Source: Nemertoderma westbladi (lineage: Eukaryota > Animalia > Xenacoelomorpha). From it: DNA of 39,859 nucleotides. The stretch is taken from the NCBI GenBank assembly GCA_032718475.1, contig JAUCBJ010007855.1, positions 1 through 39,859 on the forward strand, given 5' to 3'. The notes under the pieces were generated by a model. It was given only the letters and a program-made list of their open reading frames with translations. It was not told the origin of the DNA and did no database searches. This document shows, one piece after another, positions 11,820 to 23,987 of this stretch (its first letter is position 1; every line of letters begins with the position of its first letter). The translations under genes and the position numbers were made by a program.

Positions 11820-12267
11820 TAGGCCTATACAGTACTATAACTCCCATCCCCATGAACATGGTGTAGGCCTATACAGTACTACTCCCATCCCCATGAACAT
11901 GGTGTAGGCCTATACAGTACTATAACTCCCATCCCCATGAACATGGTGTAGGCCAATACAATACTATAACTCCCATCCCCATGAACATGGTGTAGGCCTA
12001 TACAGTACTATAACTCCCATCCCCATGAACATGGTGTAGGCCTATACAGTACTATAACTCCCATCCCCATGAACATGGTGTAGGCCTATACAGTACTATA
12101 ACTCCCATCCCCATGAACATGGTGTAGGCCAATACAATACTATAACTCCCATCCCCATGAACATGGTGTAGGCCTATACAGTACTATAACTCCCATCCCC
12201 ATGAACATGGTGTAGGCCTATACAGTACTATAACTCCCATCCCCATGAACATGGTGTAGGACTATAC

Positions 12268-13919
12268 GGGTATATCTTTTGCGTAGAGGTATAGCCTACA
12301 TAGAGGCTTCATGTGTAGCCTACATGTAGATGCACGTGTAGGGTGAATGTAGTTAGGTGTAGTCCCATAGATATTAATGTAATTTATGTGTCAACTTGCA
12401 GTAACGTGATACACGGTCGTCAATCAGGATGTATGGCAATAATCTCTGATCTCCACGGTACAATACGGTACATCAACATGCAGACCTGTCTGCTGTCAGA
12501 CAACAGGTTTTACTGCATACTGCAGTACTGTATAAATATCAAACATCGCGTTCTGATTATACTAAAGTCCCTTACTCGTCATAAATATTATGCCCTAATA
12601 AATTTGAGTATGCTAACGCCATGAAAGGCATCGTTCCATTAGATTAACTCGTTCTGATTTATATGTTTATTGAGTAAGAGTAACCTAAACAATAACAGCC
12701 ATCATCGCGGGGATTATAGTCTACCAGAAACCCTGACCCCCATCTGCCCCTCTTTATCTGTTTATCAACCATACATCCATGGGACTTGAACAGTACTTCA
12801 CCATTGAAATGTTTTGGACGTTTTGTTTTGAAAGTAAAAATATAGAAGTCTGGAAGTTTTGTTTGTTTTAATTTTTCAGGCAGTCACATTCCACCAACCA
12901 GCAACAGTCCCATCCCTTCCCACTATCCCGCGGACCACCACACTGTTTCATTATAAAGTATTCCCATCTCGATGATGGGAATTAATCAGTAATCCGATGG
13001 GATTCAAATCCCATCTCGAAGTAACAGCAAAACAATAACACGAAAGTCAATAGCTTTACAGTTATATTTGATTGCATTGAAAGTTAATAGAAAGAAGAAG
13101 TTAAATTGCATATCCATTAAAATATCATGAAATTGATACGGCAGTTTAGTAGATTAAAACGGCCACAGCAAGATTTATAAAATGAAAAATAAGTAAAATC
13201 AGCACAGCACACAATATTATCAATATAGACATTGAAGACAATTTAATAAACAAATACTATAAAAAAATATCTACTAACAATCAATACATGATTATATAAT
13301 ATATATAATATATATACATCAGCGACTACCATCGCCACTCTGGTTCAATCAGTCAGTCCGGTATCATTGTTAGCGTTTTGTTGAATCACCCACTCATCCT
13401 CAGACCCTCATGGACACCGACGACGAGCTCTAACCCTAACCGTTAGTCGATTCCTCCTTGACTGGAAACATCAGGTTCGGGCCGTTCGGCCCATACAAAG
13501 TCATTAGCCTCCATGCCTGAACCCGCAGAATCATAAGATCTACAGTATGTATCGGTATATCGTTCAGTCGTTTTTTCCTTTGTCAGTACTGTAGTATTGA
13601 TAGGCTCCGTCTCGTGGGTATTCAGGGGACCCCCATTCGACGTATTCGCATCTCCTCCTGGTTGTTTCGGGTACCACCGCCCGCCATATGCGCATCTCTT
13701 CGTGGTTGTTCCGGGTACCACCCCCGTTCGCCGCATTCGCATCTCATCGAGGAAGTTCGGGTCCGGGTACCCCGTGTAGGCCTATTCATTCATCATTGTT
13801 GTTTTTAAAGACCTACCTACACCTACCTACATTCACCCTACACGTGCATCTACATGTAGGCTACACATACCTACATGTAGCCTCTATGTAGGCTATACCT
13901 CTACGCAAAAGATATACCC
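12268..13919. mobile_element. Non-autonomous Mutator-like (MULE) DNA transposon, 1652 bp
   Basis: ~95-103-bp TIRs starting GGGTATATCTTTTGCGTAGAGG (12268-12362; 13817-13919). 9-bp TSD GGACTATAC / GGCCTATAC (12259-12267; 13920-13928). No transposase recognised inside. Confidence 0.85.
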
Positions 13920-14299
13920 GGCCTATACAGTACTACTCCCATCCCCATGCAAGATAAATTGAAACACCTGCCGGATTATAAGTACAGTAGGCCTATAATA
14001 ACTATTAAGTGATGACAAAAAAAGTAGGCTTTTTTTTAAAAAGGCAAGACAAAAAATGTTACTTTTTGCCACCACTTACGTCGTTTTATTTGTTGTAAGT
14101 CTTCTCACTTTTAACTGTGCCTATTTCAGCATACATATTGTCCATCGAAGCTTCTTCCATAGTGAAATACGGGCATTACTACATCTCGGGTACCCATAGT
14201 TTGACCAATTTTTCCATATAAAAAGGCTTTTATCATGAGGTGTTTTTTTTAGAACCAATATTTTACCTTCTGACAGTAGTATGGTATTTTTTCCAAAAA

Positions 14300-14520
14300 A
14301 TGTTCTAGAAAAAAATGTGTTCTAGAACATAAATATTTATCAAAATTGATAACTAACACTTGTTCTATAAAATTTATAAAAAAAGTAGAAACCTAGCTAT
14401 ATAAAAAAATATAAAATGTGTTCTAGAACAAAAAAAAGTGTTCTAGAACAAAAATATTTATCAAAATTGATAGCTAACACGTGTTCTATAACATTTATAA
14501 CAAAATAAGCAAAAACTAGC
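14300..14520. repeat. AT-rich ~120-bp degenerate tandem repeat built on the TGTTCTAGAACA palindrome
   Basis: Two units containing GTGTTCTAGAACA...AAATATTTATCAAAATTGATA.CTAACAC.TGTTCTATAA. Confidence 0.75.
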
Positions 14521-14814
14521 GAGTATTAGAAATTATCTATTTAATATATTACCCTACCGGTATTTATTATCTATTTAAATGCAATATTATTATTAATGTC
14601 ATGGAAACATTACTTTTTTTGTTGATATAATAAGTGTTATTTTTTTGTCAAAATGTTTCGACTTTGATTTCGACACCGACAAAAAACAACGACTTCGACA
14701 AAAAAATTGACTTACAACAAATAAATAATATTATAGTATCAGTCATTCAATCAAAAAATAAATGTTTGTACTGTAGGGAAGTAATGAGTTCTTGAAAAGA
14801 TCCACCTAACATTA

Positions 14815-15363
14815 TTATAGGCGGCGATAAACTCCCAAGAGAGATCCACAGTTCCTGCAAAGATGGTGGGTGTCCTTGCCGGTAGCGCATTCAGGACAGA
14901 GACACACTAGAGATAAGCAGCAACAGACAGGTAACAATGCTAGGAACATAAGCAAACTGAAGGTGCCGATTTCGTGTTTCGCGTGGGTGATACCGGTCAC
15001 GTTGCAGTTGGGACACGTTGCGTTAAACGGGTAGGCCCCTAATAGACGCTGGGGGTAGTGCAGCATGAGATGGTGGACGTTACCGGAGACAGTAACGGTA
15101 CCAGTGGTACCTGGTTGTTCGGTGATCGGGGCTTCAGGGGGGGCTGGGGTCCCGCCTGTAACGACCTGCGGTGGGACGGAGGTTCGGGCGGAACCTAGGG
15201 ACAGGATCCCAGCCTGTTGGGCGTAGGCAGGAACGGCTGATGGGCGGGGCAGTATCGCCACAGGGGCGTATCCCACTGGGGTCGCGGGCCCATCTGCCTT
15301 AGCAGTCTTTGTGGATACGAGCTGGCCATCCGCGTCGTAAACTTTCTTACTCTTCTTAGGCAT
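14815..15363 (-). CDS. LITAF-domain (zf-LITAF/SIMPLE-like) membrane-associated protein, single coding exon
   Basis: 182 aa with a Pro-rich N-terminus, then CPNC - hydrophobic Cys-rich segment - HLCRNC-GSLLGVYRRL, the CxxC...HxCxxC LITAF signature. GC-rich against AT-rich flanks; AATAAA on the minus strand at 14563-14568. Confidence 0.9.
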   Translation of the reverse strand: MPKKSKKVYDADGQLVSTKTAKADGPATPVGYAPVAILPRPSAVPAYAQQAGILSLGSARTSVPPQVVTGGTPAPPEAPITEQPGTTGTVTVSGNVHHLMLHYPQRLLGAYPFNATCPNCNVTGITHAKHEIGTFSLLMFLALLPVCCCLSLVCLCPECATGKDTHHLCRNCGSLLGVYRRL

Positions 15364-15393
15364 TCTCTAATAAATTGCATCAACTCCTCCCAA

Positions 15394-15400
15394 TTATATA
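15394..15400 (-). promoter_or_regulatory. Possible TATA box for the LITAF-like gene
   Basis: TATATAA lies 31-37 bp upstream of the ATG; the AT-rich context makes a chance match possible. Confidence 0.3.
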
Positions 15401-15746
15401 TTGTGATGTTACAGTACTGTTTACATGTAGGCCTAGAATTCAAATAGATAACTTTATTAAAACAAAAGCAAATGTGAACTAGAAATAATTATTAGTTTCT
15501 GTAAATAGTATAAACACTCAGTTACAGGGCATTACTGTGGCCCCATTTTTTTCACTATCATCACGACAAGATCTCCGGTTATATAAAATTTATATATGTA
15601 TTCAACATATATATAAAAAAAAAAAATATATATATATATATAATATATATATATTCTATTGAATTCTTTGAATATTATTATATATACATATATATATAAG
15701 AAATATATATTATATATTTATTTATTTGATATATATTTAACATATA

Positions 15747-16671
15747 CACCATGTCCCTGAATATAGTGTGGTAATTCAGTGAAACCCCCCCCCCCCCCCA
15801 AATTTTTCTACAAATCTTAATGAGATTGCATTAAATTTGAAACAGAGATAGTTTCACCTCCCGACCACTGACTGGGTGAGCCAGAATTTTTATTTTTGCT
15901 TTCAATCTTTAGCTACAAGCGTTTAAAAAAATTATCTACGGCGATATTACACCAGTTACACCTCAGTTATTCTTCTACCTTATAGCTGTTTGATGGTACC
16001 AATGGAAAGCTGGTCATGCAACGATTCTAAATATGTAAGACAATTTGAATTTCGTTGAAAAATAGCTGAGCTATGAGCGTTCAAATGTTGCATGGTTTTA
16101 CAACGGCGCGAGACTATTTTATTATATTTAATAAATGAATCATATTCTGGAATCTTTTGTTTATCCAAATACGTAGCTGGGCAACAATGCATTACATCTT
16201 TAATCATACTATTACGTAGCTATTCATACATCATACATTTTAAAAAATGTTCCAGAATATTGTTTATTTATTAAATAGAATAAAATTGCCTCGTGCAGGT
16301 ACAAAACCATGCAACATTTGAACGCTCATATCTCAGCTATTTATCAACGAAATTCTAATTGTGTTACATATTTAGAATCCTTGCATGACCAGCTTTCCAT
16401 ATCATATAAGGTAATAGTATTATATCAGCTATAAGGTAGAAGAATAACTGCGGTGTAACTGGTGTAATATCGCTGGAGACACTTTTTAAACGCTTGTAGC
16501 TAAAGATCGAAAGCAAAAATAAAAATTCTGGCTCACCCAGTCAGTGGTCGGGAGGTGAAACTATCTCTGTTTCAAATTTCATGCAATCTCATTACGATTT
16601 GTAGAAAAATTAAGGGGGGGGGGGGGGGGGGCGTGTCACTGAATTACGACACTATATTCTGGGACATGGCA
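15747..16671. mobile_element. Palindromic MITE (Tc1/mariner-like), ~400-bp arms, copy 1
   Basis: The left arm (CACCATGTCCCTGAATATAGTGT...polyC...) is the reverse complement of the right arm (...polyG...ACACTATATTCTGGGACATGG). Same family as 37481-38282. Confidence 0.9.
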
Positions 16672-16851
16672 TATATTATATATTTATTTATTTCATATAT
16701 ATTTAACATATATTTACATAAATGTTTTTGTATTTTTTGTATTTACAATGTTCTAGAACAAGTCTCCTTGATATTATACCTTAAAATTAACAACAAAATA
16801 ATATGATGCCATAAATTTTTCAAAAATGGGGCCCCAGGCCAGACTAATGCC

Positions 16852-19800
16852 AGTTCCGTTACTTCCACTAGTTCCGTACTCCTCCCCACTAGTTCCGTAC
16901 TCCCCCCACTAGTTCCGTACTCCTCCCACTAGTTCCGTACTCCTCCCCACTAGTTCCGTACTCCTCCCCACTAATTCCGTACTCCTCCCCACTAGTTCCG
17001 TACTCCTCCCCACTAGTTCCGTACTCCTCCCCACTAGTTCCGTACTCCTCCCCACTAGTTCCGTACTCCTCCCCACTAGTTCCGAACTCCTCCCCACTAG
17101 TTCAGTACTCCTCCCCACTAGTTCCGTACTCCTCCCCACTAGTTCCGTACTCCTCCCACTTGTTCCGTACTCCTCCCCACTAGTTCCGTACTCCTCCCCA
17201 CTAATTCCGTACTCCTCCCCACTAGTTCCGTACTCCTCCCCACTAGTTCCGTCCTCCTCCCCACTAGTTCCGTACTCCTCCCCACTAATTCCGTACTCCT
17301 CCCCACTAGTTCCGTAGTCCTCCCCACTAGTTCCGTCCTCCTCCCCACTAGTTCCGTACTCCTCCCCACTAGTTCCGTACTCCTCCCCACTAGTTCCGTA
17401 CTCCTCCCCACTAATTCCGTACTCCTCCCCACTAGTTCCGTACTCCTCCCCACTAGTTCCGTACTCCTCCCCACTAGTTCCGTACTCCTCCCCACTAGTT
17501 CCGTACTCCTCCCCACTAGTTCCGAACTCCTCCCCACTAGTTCAGTACTCCTCCCCACTAGTTCCGTACTCCTCCCCACTAGTTCCGTACTCCTCCCACT
17601 AGTTCCGCACTCCTCCCCAGTAATTCCGTACTCCTCCCCACTAGTTCCGTACTCCTCCCCACTAGTTCCGTACTCCTCCCCTCTAGTTCCGTACTCCTCC
17701 CCACTAGTTCCGTACTCCTCCCACTTGTTCCGTACTCCTCCCCACTAGTTCCGTACTCCTCCCCACTAATTCCGTACTCCTCCCCACTAGTTCCATACTC
17801 CTCCCCACTAGTTCCGTCCTCCTCCCCACTAGTTCCGTACTCCTCCCCACTAGTTCCGTACTCCTCCCCACTAGTTCCGTACTCCTCCCCACTAGTTCCG
17901 TACTCCTCCCCACTAGTTCCGTCCTCCTCCCCACTAGTTCCGTACTCCTCCCCACTAGTTCCGTACTCCTCCCCACTAGTTCCGTACTCGCCCCCACTAG
18001 TTCGGGACTCCTCCCACTAGTTCCGTACTCCTCCCCACTAATTCCGTACTCCTCCCCACTAGTTCCGTACTCCTCCCCACTAGTTCCGTACTCCTCCCCT
18101 CTTGTTCCGTACTCCTCCCCACTAGTTCCGTACTCCTCCCACTTGTTCCGTACTCCTCCCCACTAGTTCCGTCCTCCTCCCCACTAGTTCCGTACTCCTC
18201 CCCACTAGTTCCGTACTCCTCCCCACTAGTTCCGTACTCCTCCCACTAGTTCCGTACTCCTCCCCACTAATTCCATGCTCCCCCCCACTAATTCTGTACT
18301 CCTCCCCACTAGTTCCGTACTCCTCCCCTCTAGTTCCATACTCCTCCCCACTAGTTCCGTACTCCTCCCACTTGTTCCGTACTCCTCCCCACTAGTTCCG
18401 TCCTCCTCCCCACTAGTTCCGTACTCCTCCCCACTAGTTCCGTACTCCTCCCCACTAGTTCCGTACTCACCCCCACTAGTTCCATACACTTCCCCACTAG
18501 TTCCGTACTCCTCCCCACTAGTTTCGTACTCCTCCCCACTAGTTCCGTACTCCTCCTCACTAGTTCCGTACTCCTCCCCACTACTAGTTCCGTACTCTTC
18601 CCCATTAGTTCCGTACTCCTCCCCACTAGTTCCGTACTCCACCCCAATAGTTCCGTACTCCTCCCCACTAGTTCCGTACTCCTCCCCACTACTAGTTCCG
18701 TACTCTTCCCCATTAGTTCCGTACTCCTCCCCACTAGTTCCGTACTCCACCCCAATAGTTCCGTACTCCTCCCCACTAGTTCCGTACTCCTCCCCACTAG
18801 TTCCGTACTCCTCCCCACTAGTTCCGAACTCCTCCCCACTAGTTCAGTACTCCTCCCCACTAGTTCCGTACTCCTCCCCACTAGTTCCGTACTCCTCCCA
18901 CTAGTTCCGCACTCCTCCCCAGTAATTCCGTACTCCTCCCCACTAGTTCCGTACTCATCCCCACTAGTTCCGTACTCCTCCCCTCTAGTTCCGTACTCCT
19001 CCCCACTAGTTCCGTACTCCTCCCACTTGTTCCGTACTCCTCCCCACTAGTTCCGTACTCCTCCCCACTAATTCCGTACTCCTCCCCACTAGTTCCATAC
19101 TCCTCCCCACTAGTTCCGTCCTCCTCCCCACTAGTTCCGTACTCCTCCCCACTAGTTCCGTACTCCTCCCCACTAGTTCCGTACTCCTCCCCACTAGTTC
19201 CGTACTCCTCCCCACTAGTTCCGTCCTCCTCCCCACTAGTTCCGTACTCCTCCCCACTAGTTCCGTACTCCTCCCCACTAGTTCCGTACTCGCCCCCACT
19301 AGTTCGGGACTCCTCCCACTAGTTCCGTACTCCTCCCCACTAATTCCGTACTCCTCCCCACTAGTTCCGTACTCCTCCCCACTAGTTCCGTACTCCTCCC
19401 CTCTTGTTCCGTACTCCTCCCCACTAGTTCCGTACTCCTCCCACTTGTTCCGTACTCCTCCCCACTAGTTCCGTCCTCCTCCCCACTAGTTCCGTACTCC
19501 TCCCCACTAGTTCCGTACTCCTCCCCACTAGTTCCGTACTCCTCCCACTAGTTCCGTACTCCTCCCCACTAATTCCATGCTCCTCCCCACTAATTCTGTA
19601 CTCCTCCCCACTAGTTCCGTACTCCTCCCCTCTAGTTCCATACTCCTCCCCACTAGTTCCGTACTCCTCCCACTTGTTCCGTACTCCTCCCCACTAGTTC
19701 CGTCCTCCTCCCCACTAGTTCCGTACTCCTCCCCACTAGTTCCGTACTCCTCCCCACTAGTTCCGTACTCCTCCCCACTAGTTCCGTACTCCTCCCCACT

Positions 19801-21530
19801 AGTTCCGTACTCCTCCCCTCTTGTTCCGTACTCCTCCCCACTAGTTCCGTACTCCTCCCACTTGTTCCGTACTCCTCCCCACTAGTTCCGTCCTCCTCCC
19901 CACTAGTTCCGTACTCCTCCCCACTAGTTCCGTACTCCTCCCCACTAGTTCCGTACTCCTCCCCACTAGTTCCGTACTCCTCCCCACTAGTTCCGTACTC
20001 CTCCCCACTAGTTCCGTACTCCTCCCCACTAGTTCAGTACTCCTCCCCACTCGTTCCGTACTCCTCCCCACAAGTTCCGTACTCCTCCCCACTATTTCCG
20101 CACTCCTCCCCACTAGTTCCGCACTCCTCCCCACTAGTTCCCACTCCTCCCCAATAGTTCCGTACTCACCCCCACTAGTTCCGTACCGTACTTATCCCCA
20201 CTAGTTCCGTACTCCTCCCCACTAGTTCCGTACTCCTCCCCACTACTAGTACCGTACTCCTCCCCACTAGTTCCCACTCCTCCCCAATAGTTCCGTACTC
20301 ACCCCCACTAGTTCCGTACCGTACTTCTCCCCACTAGTTCCGTACTCCTCCCCACTAGTTCCGTACTCCTCCCCACTACTAGTACCGTACTCCTCCCCAC
20401 TAGTTCTGTACTCCTCCCCACTAGTTCCGTACTCCTCCCCACTAGTTCCGTACTCCTCCCCACTCATTCCGTACTCATACCCACTAGTTCCGTACTCCTC
20501 CCACTAGTTCCGTACTCCTCCCCACTATTTCCGCACTCCTCCCCACTAGTTCCGCACTCCTCCCCACTAGTTCCACACTCCTCCCCAATAGTTCCGCACT
20601 TCTACCCACTAGTTCCGTACACCTATCCAATAGTTCCGTACTCTACCCCACTAGTTCCATACACACCCCCACTAGTTCCGTACTCCTCCCCACTAGTTAC
20701 GTACTCCTCACCACAAGTTCCGTACTCATCCCACTAGTTCCGTACTCCTCCCCACTAGTTCCGTACTCGCCCCCACTAGTTCCGTACTCCTCCCCACTAG
20801 TTCCGTACTCCTCCGCACTAGTTCCGTACACCTCCACACTAGTTCGGGACTCCTCCCCACTAGTTCCGTACTCCTCCGCACTAGTTCCGTACACCTCCAC
20901 ACTAGTTCCGTACTCCTCCCCACTAGTTCCGTACCGTACTCACTCATCCCCACTAGTTCCGTACCGCACTCCTCCCCACTAGTTCCGTACTCCTCCGCAC
21001 TAGTTCCGTACACCTCCACACAAGTTCCGTACCGTACTCACTCATACCCACTAGTTCCGTACCGTACTCCTCTCCACTAGTTCCGTACTCCTCCGCACTA
21101 GTTCCGTACACCTCCACACTAGTTCCGTACCGTACTCCTCCCCACTAGTTCCGTACACCTCCACACTAGTTCCGTACCGTACTCACTCATCCCCACTAGT
21201 TCCGTACCGTACTCCTCCCCACTAGTTCCGTACACCTCCACACTAGTTCGGGACTCCTCCCCACTAGTTCCGTACTCCTCCGCACTAGTTCCGTACACCT
21301 CCACACTAGTTCCGTACTCCTCCCCACTAGTTCCGTACCGTACTCACTCATCCCCACTAGTTCCGTACCGTACTCCTCCCCACTAGTTCCGTACTCCTCC
21401 CACTAGTTCCGTACTCCTCCCCACTAGTTCCGTACTCCTCCCCACTAGTTCCGTACCGTACTCACTCATCCCCACTAGTTCCGTACCGTACTCCTCCCCA
21501 CTAGTTCCGTAGCGTACTCCTCCCCACTAG
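16852..21530. repeat. 21-bp satellite array 1 (CCGTACTCCTCCCCACTAGTT)n
   Basis: More than 200 tandem units with 20-, 24- and 26-bp variants, an internal 1302-bp higher-order duplication, and a degenerate last ~1.07 kb. Confidence 0.98.
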
Positions 21531-23987
21531 CTACCATAAATAATATTTCTTTGCAGCGGGATATTTTAGAACATTATGTTAAAACTGCTTAAATATAGCT
21601 AGTAAATTTCTTTTAAAACACTAGCTAGATTAAAATATATCCCGCTTGACGCGGGACATATTCTAGAACATTAATACATGTCAAAGACTTCGCATAGAAA
21701 TAGCTTGTAAATTTTTTTTAAAGCACTAGCTAAATCAAAAATACAGTACCGGTACTAGCGGTACTAGTGTGTTTTGAGCACACCCCCCCCCCCCCTCAAA
21801 TCTTTTATCCTAGCTAGTTTTTGTTACTTTTTTTAATGTTCTAGAACATTTTTTTTTATTATAATATATTCATTTAATATAACAATTTTATTCTAGAACA
21901 AATATTTTTTGTTCTAGAACAAAAAATTGGGAAAAAATAGCTATTTTGTTTATCATTTTCATTTTTTATTGTATGATATATTTGTATACTACTACTACTA
22001 GGTCGAGCGAACTCGGATCTTTGTATAAATTTTTTAAAAAAGCTAGTTTTTGTTTCGTTTTTAAAAAAAAAAAGTTCTACAGTAGTGCATATGATCTATT
22101 AATTTAATATAAAAATTTTATTCTAGAACAAATATTATTTGTTCTAGAACAAAAAAACAAAAAAAAAATAGCTAATTTGTAAATTTTGTCAATTTCGATT
22201 CTATGTTATCTTCGTATCACATATTTAATAAAAATCACTAGCTACAATGAAAATTTGTAGTTGTTAGTAATTGTTTTTAACACTTAGGCCTACTGATCAT
22301 AAAAAAAATAATGTTCTAGAACATATAGCTAGTTATTTTTAAAATTTAAAATAGCTACCGGTAGTAATAAAAAATTTTATTTATTTATATTATTATTAAA
22401 AAATTAATCTACCGGTACCAAATTGTAGTATTTGTTAAATTTACTAGCTATTTTAAAATTAAAAAAAACTAGCTATATGTTTTAGAACATTATTATTTTT
22501 TATTTTATTTATGTAATATTATATGTATTATACACTAGAGCATAAATAATACAAATAATATATATAATGTTCTAGAACATATAGCTAGTTATTTATCAAA
22601 TTTAAAATAGCTAGTAATACAACAAAATTTATTTATTTATATTATAGGCCTATATTTATTAGAAAATTAATCTACCAAATTGGATATTTTTTTAATTTAC
22701 TAGCTATTTTAAAATTAAAAAAAAACTAGTTATATGTTCTAGAACATTATATTTTTTATTTTATTTATGTTCTAGAAAAGTATATAATACTTTTCCATTG
22801 TTCTAGAACACTTCAATGTTTCCATAGTAACAATGACATAAGTTTTAAAAATGCAGTTCTATACGGAACTCTAGACTTAATATTATTGTCAAAAACTGCT
22901 TAAAAATAGCAAAAAAATACAAAATGGGGAGGAATACGGAACTCTTCCCAATTTTTTTTTTGATAAAACAATAGAAAAAGACTGATACATGAGATTTTGA
23001 GACAGGGGGGGGGGGCGATCTGGACGCACATCCCTCTTGGCGAATTAATATGAATTTAATTAAAAATTCAGAAAAAATAAAGAAAAAATGTATTAATGAA
23101 CCATTAAAGTGTTCCTTTTTTTCAAATATATACTTTCCTTTAAAATACTTCCCTTTCCTATTTCTACTCCTACTACACTGTAGGCCTAGAACTAAATTTA
23201 TTCCAGAAATTATGTGATTGTTGCTATGGTTAAAGTTAAAATAAATATTGTCATTGTGATTATAACCTAACTGTAATTTGATTTTATTAGTCCAATCAAG
23301 TCCATAAATGGTGATTCTTTGTGGAGCTGCTGAAGAAGCTTCTCCGTCGTGCCTCTTTCTGTCTTCGCATGATCGAATGTTTGACACGAGACCAGATAAT
23401 AAATAATTTAATAAGTTCCTATAAAATTTGTCAAATTTCTTTAAAATATTTTAGAACAAAACATATTTGTTACATCAAATTTCATGTATCAGACTTTTTA
23501 TCAATTATAAAGGATACTATGGTTTTAAAAAAAATGTTATGGTGTCGGGCCTAATTAATTAATAATAAATCAATCATTGCTATTAATTTATAGGTACAGT
23601 AGGCCTACATTGTACACTACATGTACAGTCTATAATAAATCATTGGTAACGGTTCCGTTTGTATTAAACGCTAAACATAATGTTTCGTTTTCGGACAGCT
23701 CGTGAAAAAATGATTATTTTTTTATTTTTATCTTCCCCCATGCAAAATATTAACCACTCCGTAATTTTTTTTGACAGTTTGTTTTTAGTTTTAAATAGCT
23801 TACAGTACAGGTTAGAAATTATATTATAATAATATCATTTATATGCGATGGGTGTACAGTACTATTAATTGGTGGCAGGAGATTATGTCTGTATATGGGT
23901 CAATGCCAACCAAATTGACCAATGTCCCTACGTGATTTTTGAAATTTGTTGAATTTTGAAATTAACTTTGAGAATCATTCCGGAATG
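21531..23987. repeat. AT-rich spacer, copy 1 of the ~5.3-kb macro-repeat
   Basis: Near-identical to 26775-29237 and 32124-34595 (the same ORFs recur at offsets of 5250 and ~10600); rich in TGTTCTAGAACA and CTAGCTA. Confidence 0.97.
21989..22016 (-). mobile_element. 28-bp extreme 3' fragment of a (TAG)n-tailed retroelement (also at 27239-27266 and 32588-32615)
   Basis: The minus strand reads CCGAGTTCGCTCGACC(TAG)4. It is flanked by the 11-bp direct repeat ATCTTTGTATA, perfect in copies 2 and 3 and with one mismatch in copy 1. Confidence 0.7.

Larger units (their letters stand above)
9572..13949. repeat. 41/44-bp minisatellite (TGAACATGGTGTAGGCCTATACAGTACTATAACTCCCATCCCCA), ~50 units, interrupted by two insertions
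   Basis: Tandem units at 9572-11383 and 11820-12267, plus a final half unit at 13920-13949. The 41-bp variant lacks 3 bp; a GAA-for-CAG variant recurs. Confidence 0.97.

Noticed and set aside
9572-12267. CRISPR-like array of 41-44-bp repeats
   Set aside because: Units are head-to-tail with no unique spacers, there are no cas genes, and the context is eukaryotic.
13431-13441. Telomeric repeat
   Set aside because: Fewer than two full TTAGGG units, and internal to a transposon.
22845-23387. 180-aa minus ORF (and copies at 28095 and 33444) as a full protein
   Set aside because: GTG start, runs through poly-C and poly-T tracts, F/K/I-biased AT-rich composition, no recognisable domain; its recurrence reflects the DNA duplication only.
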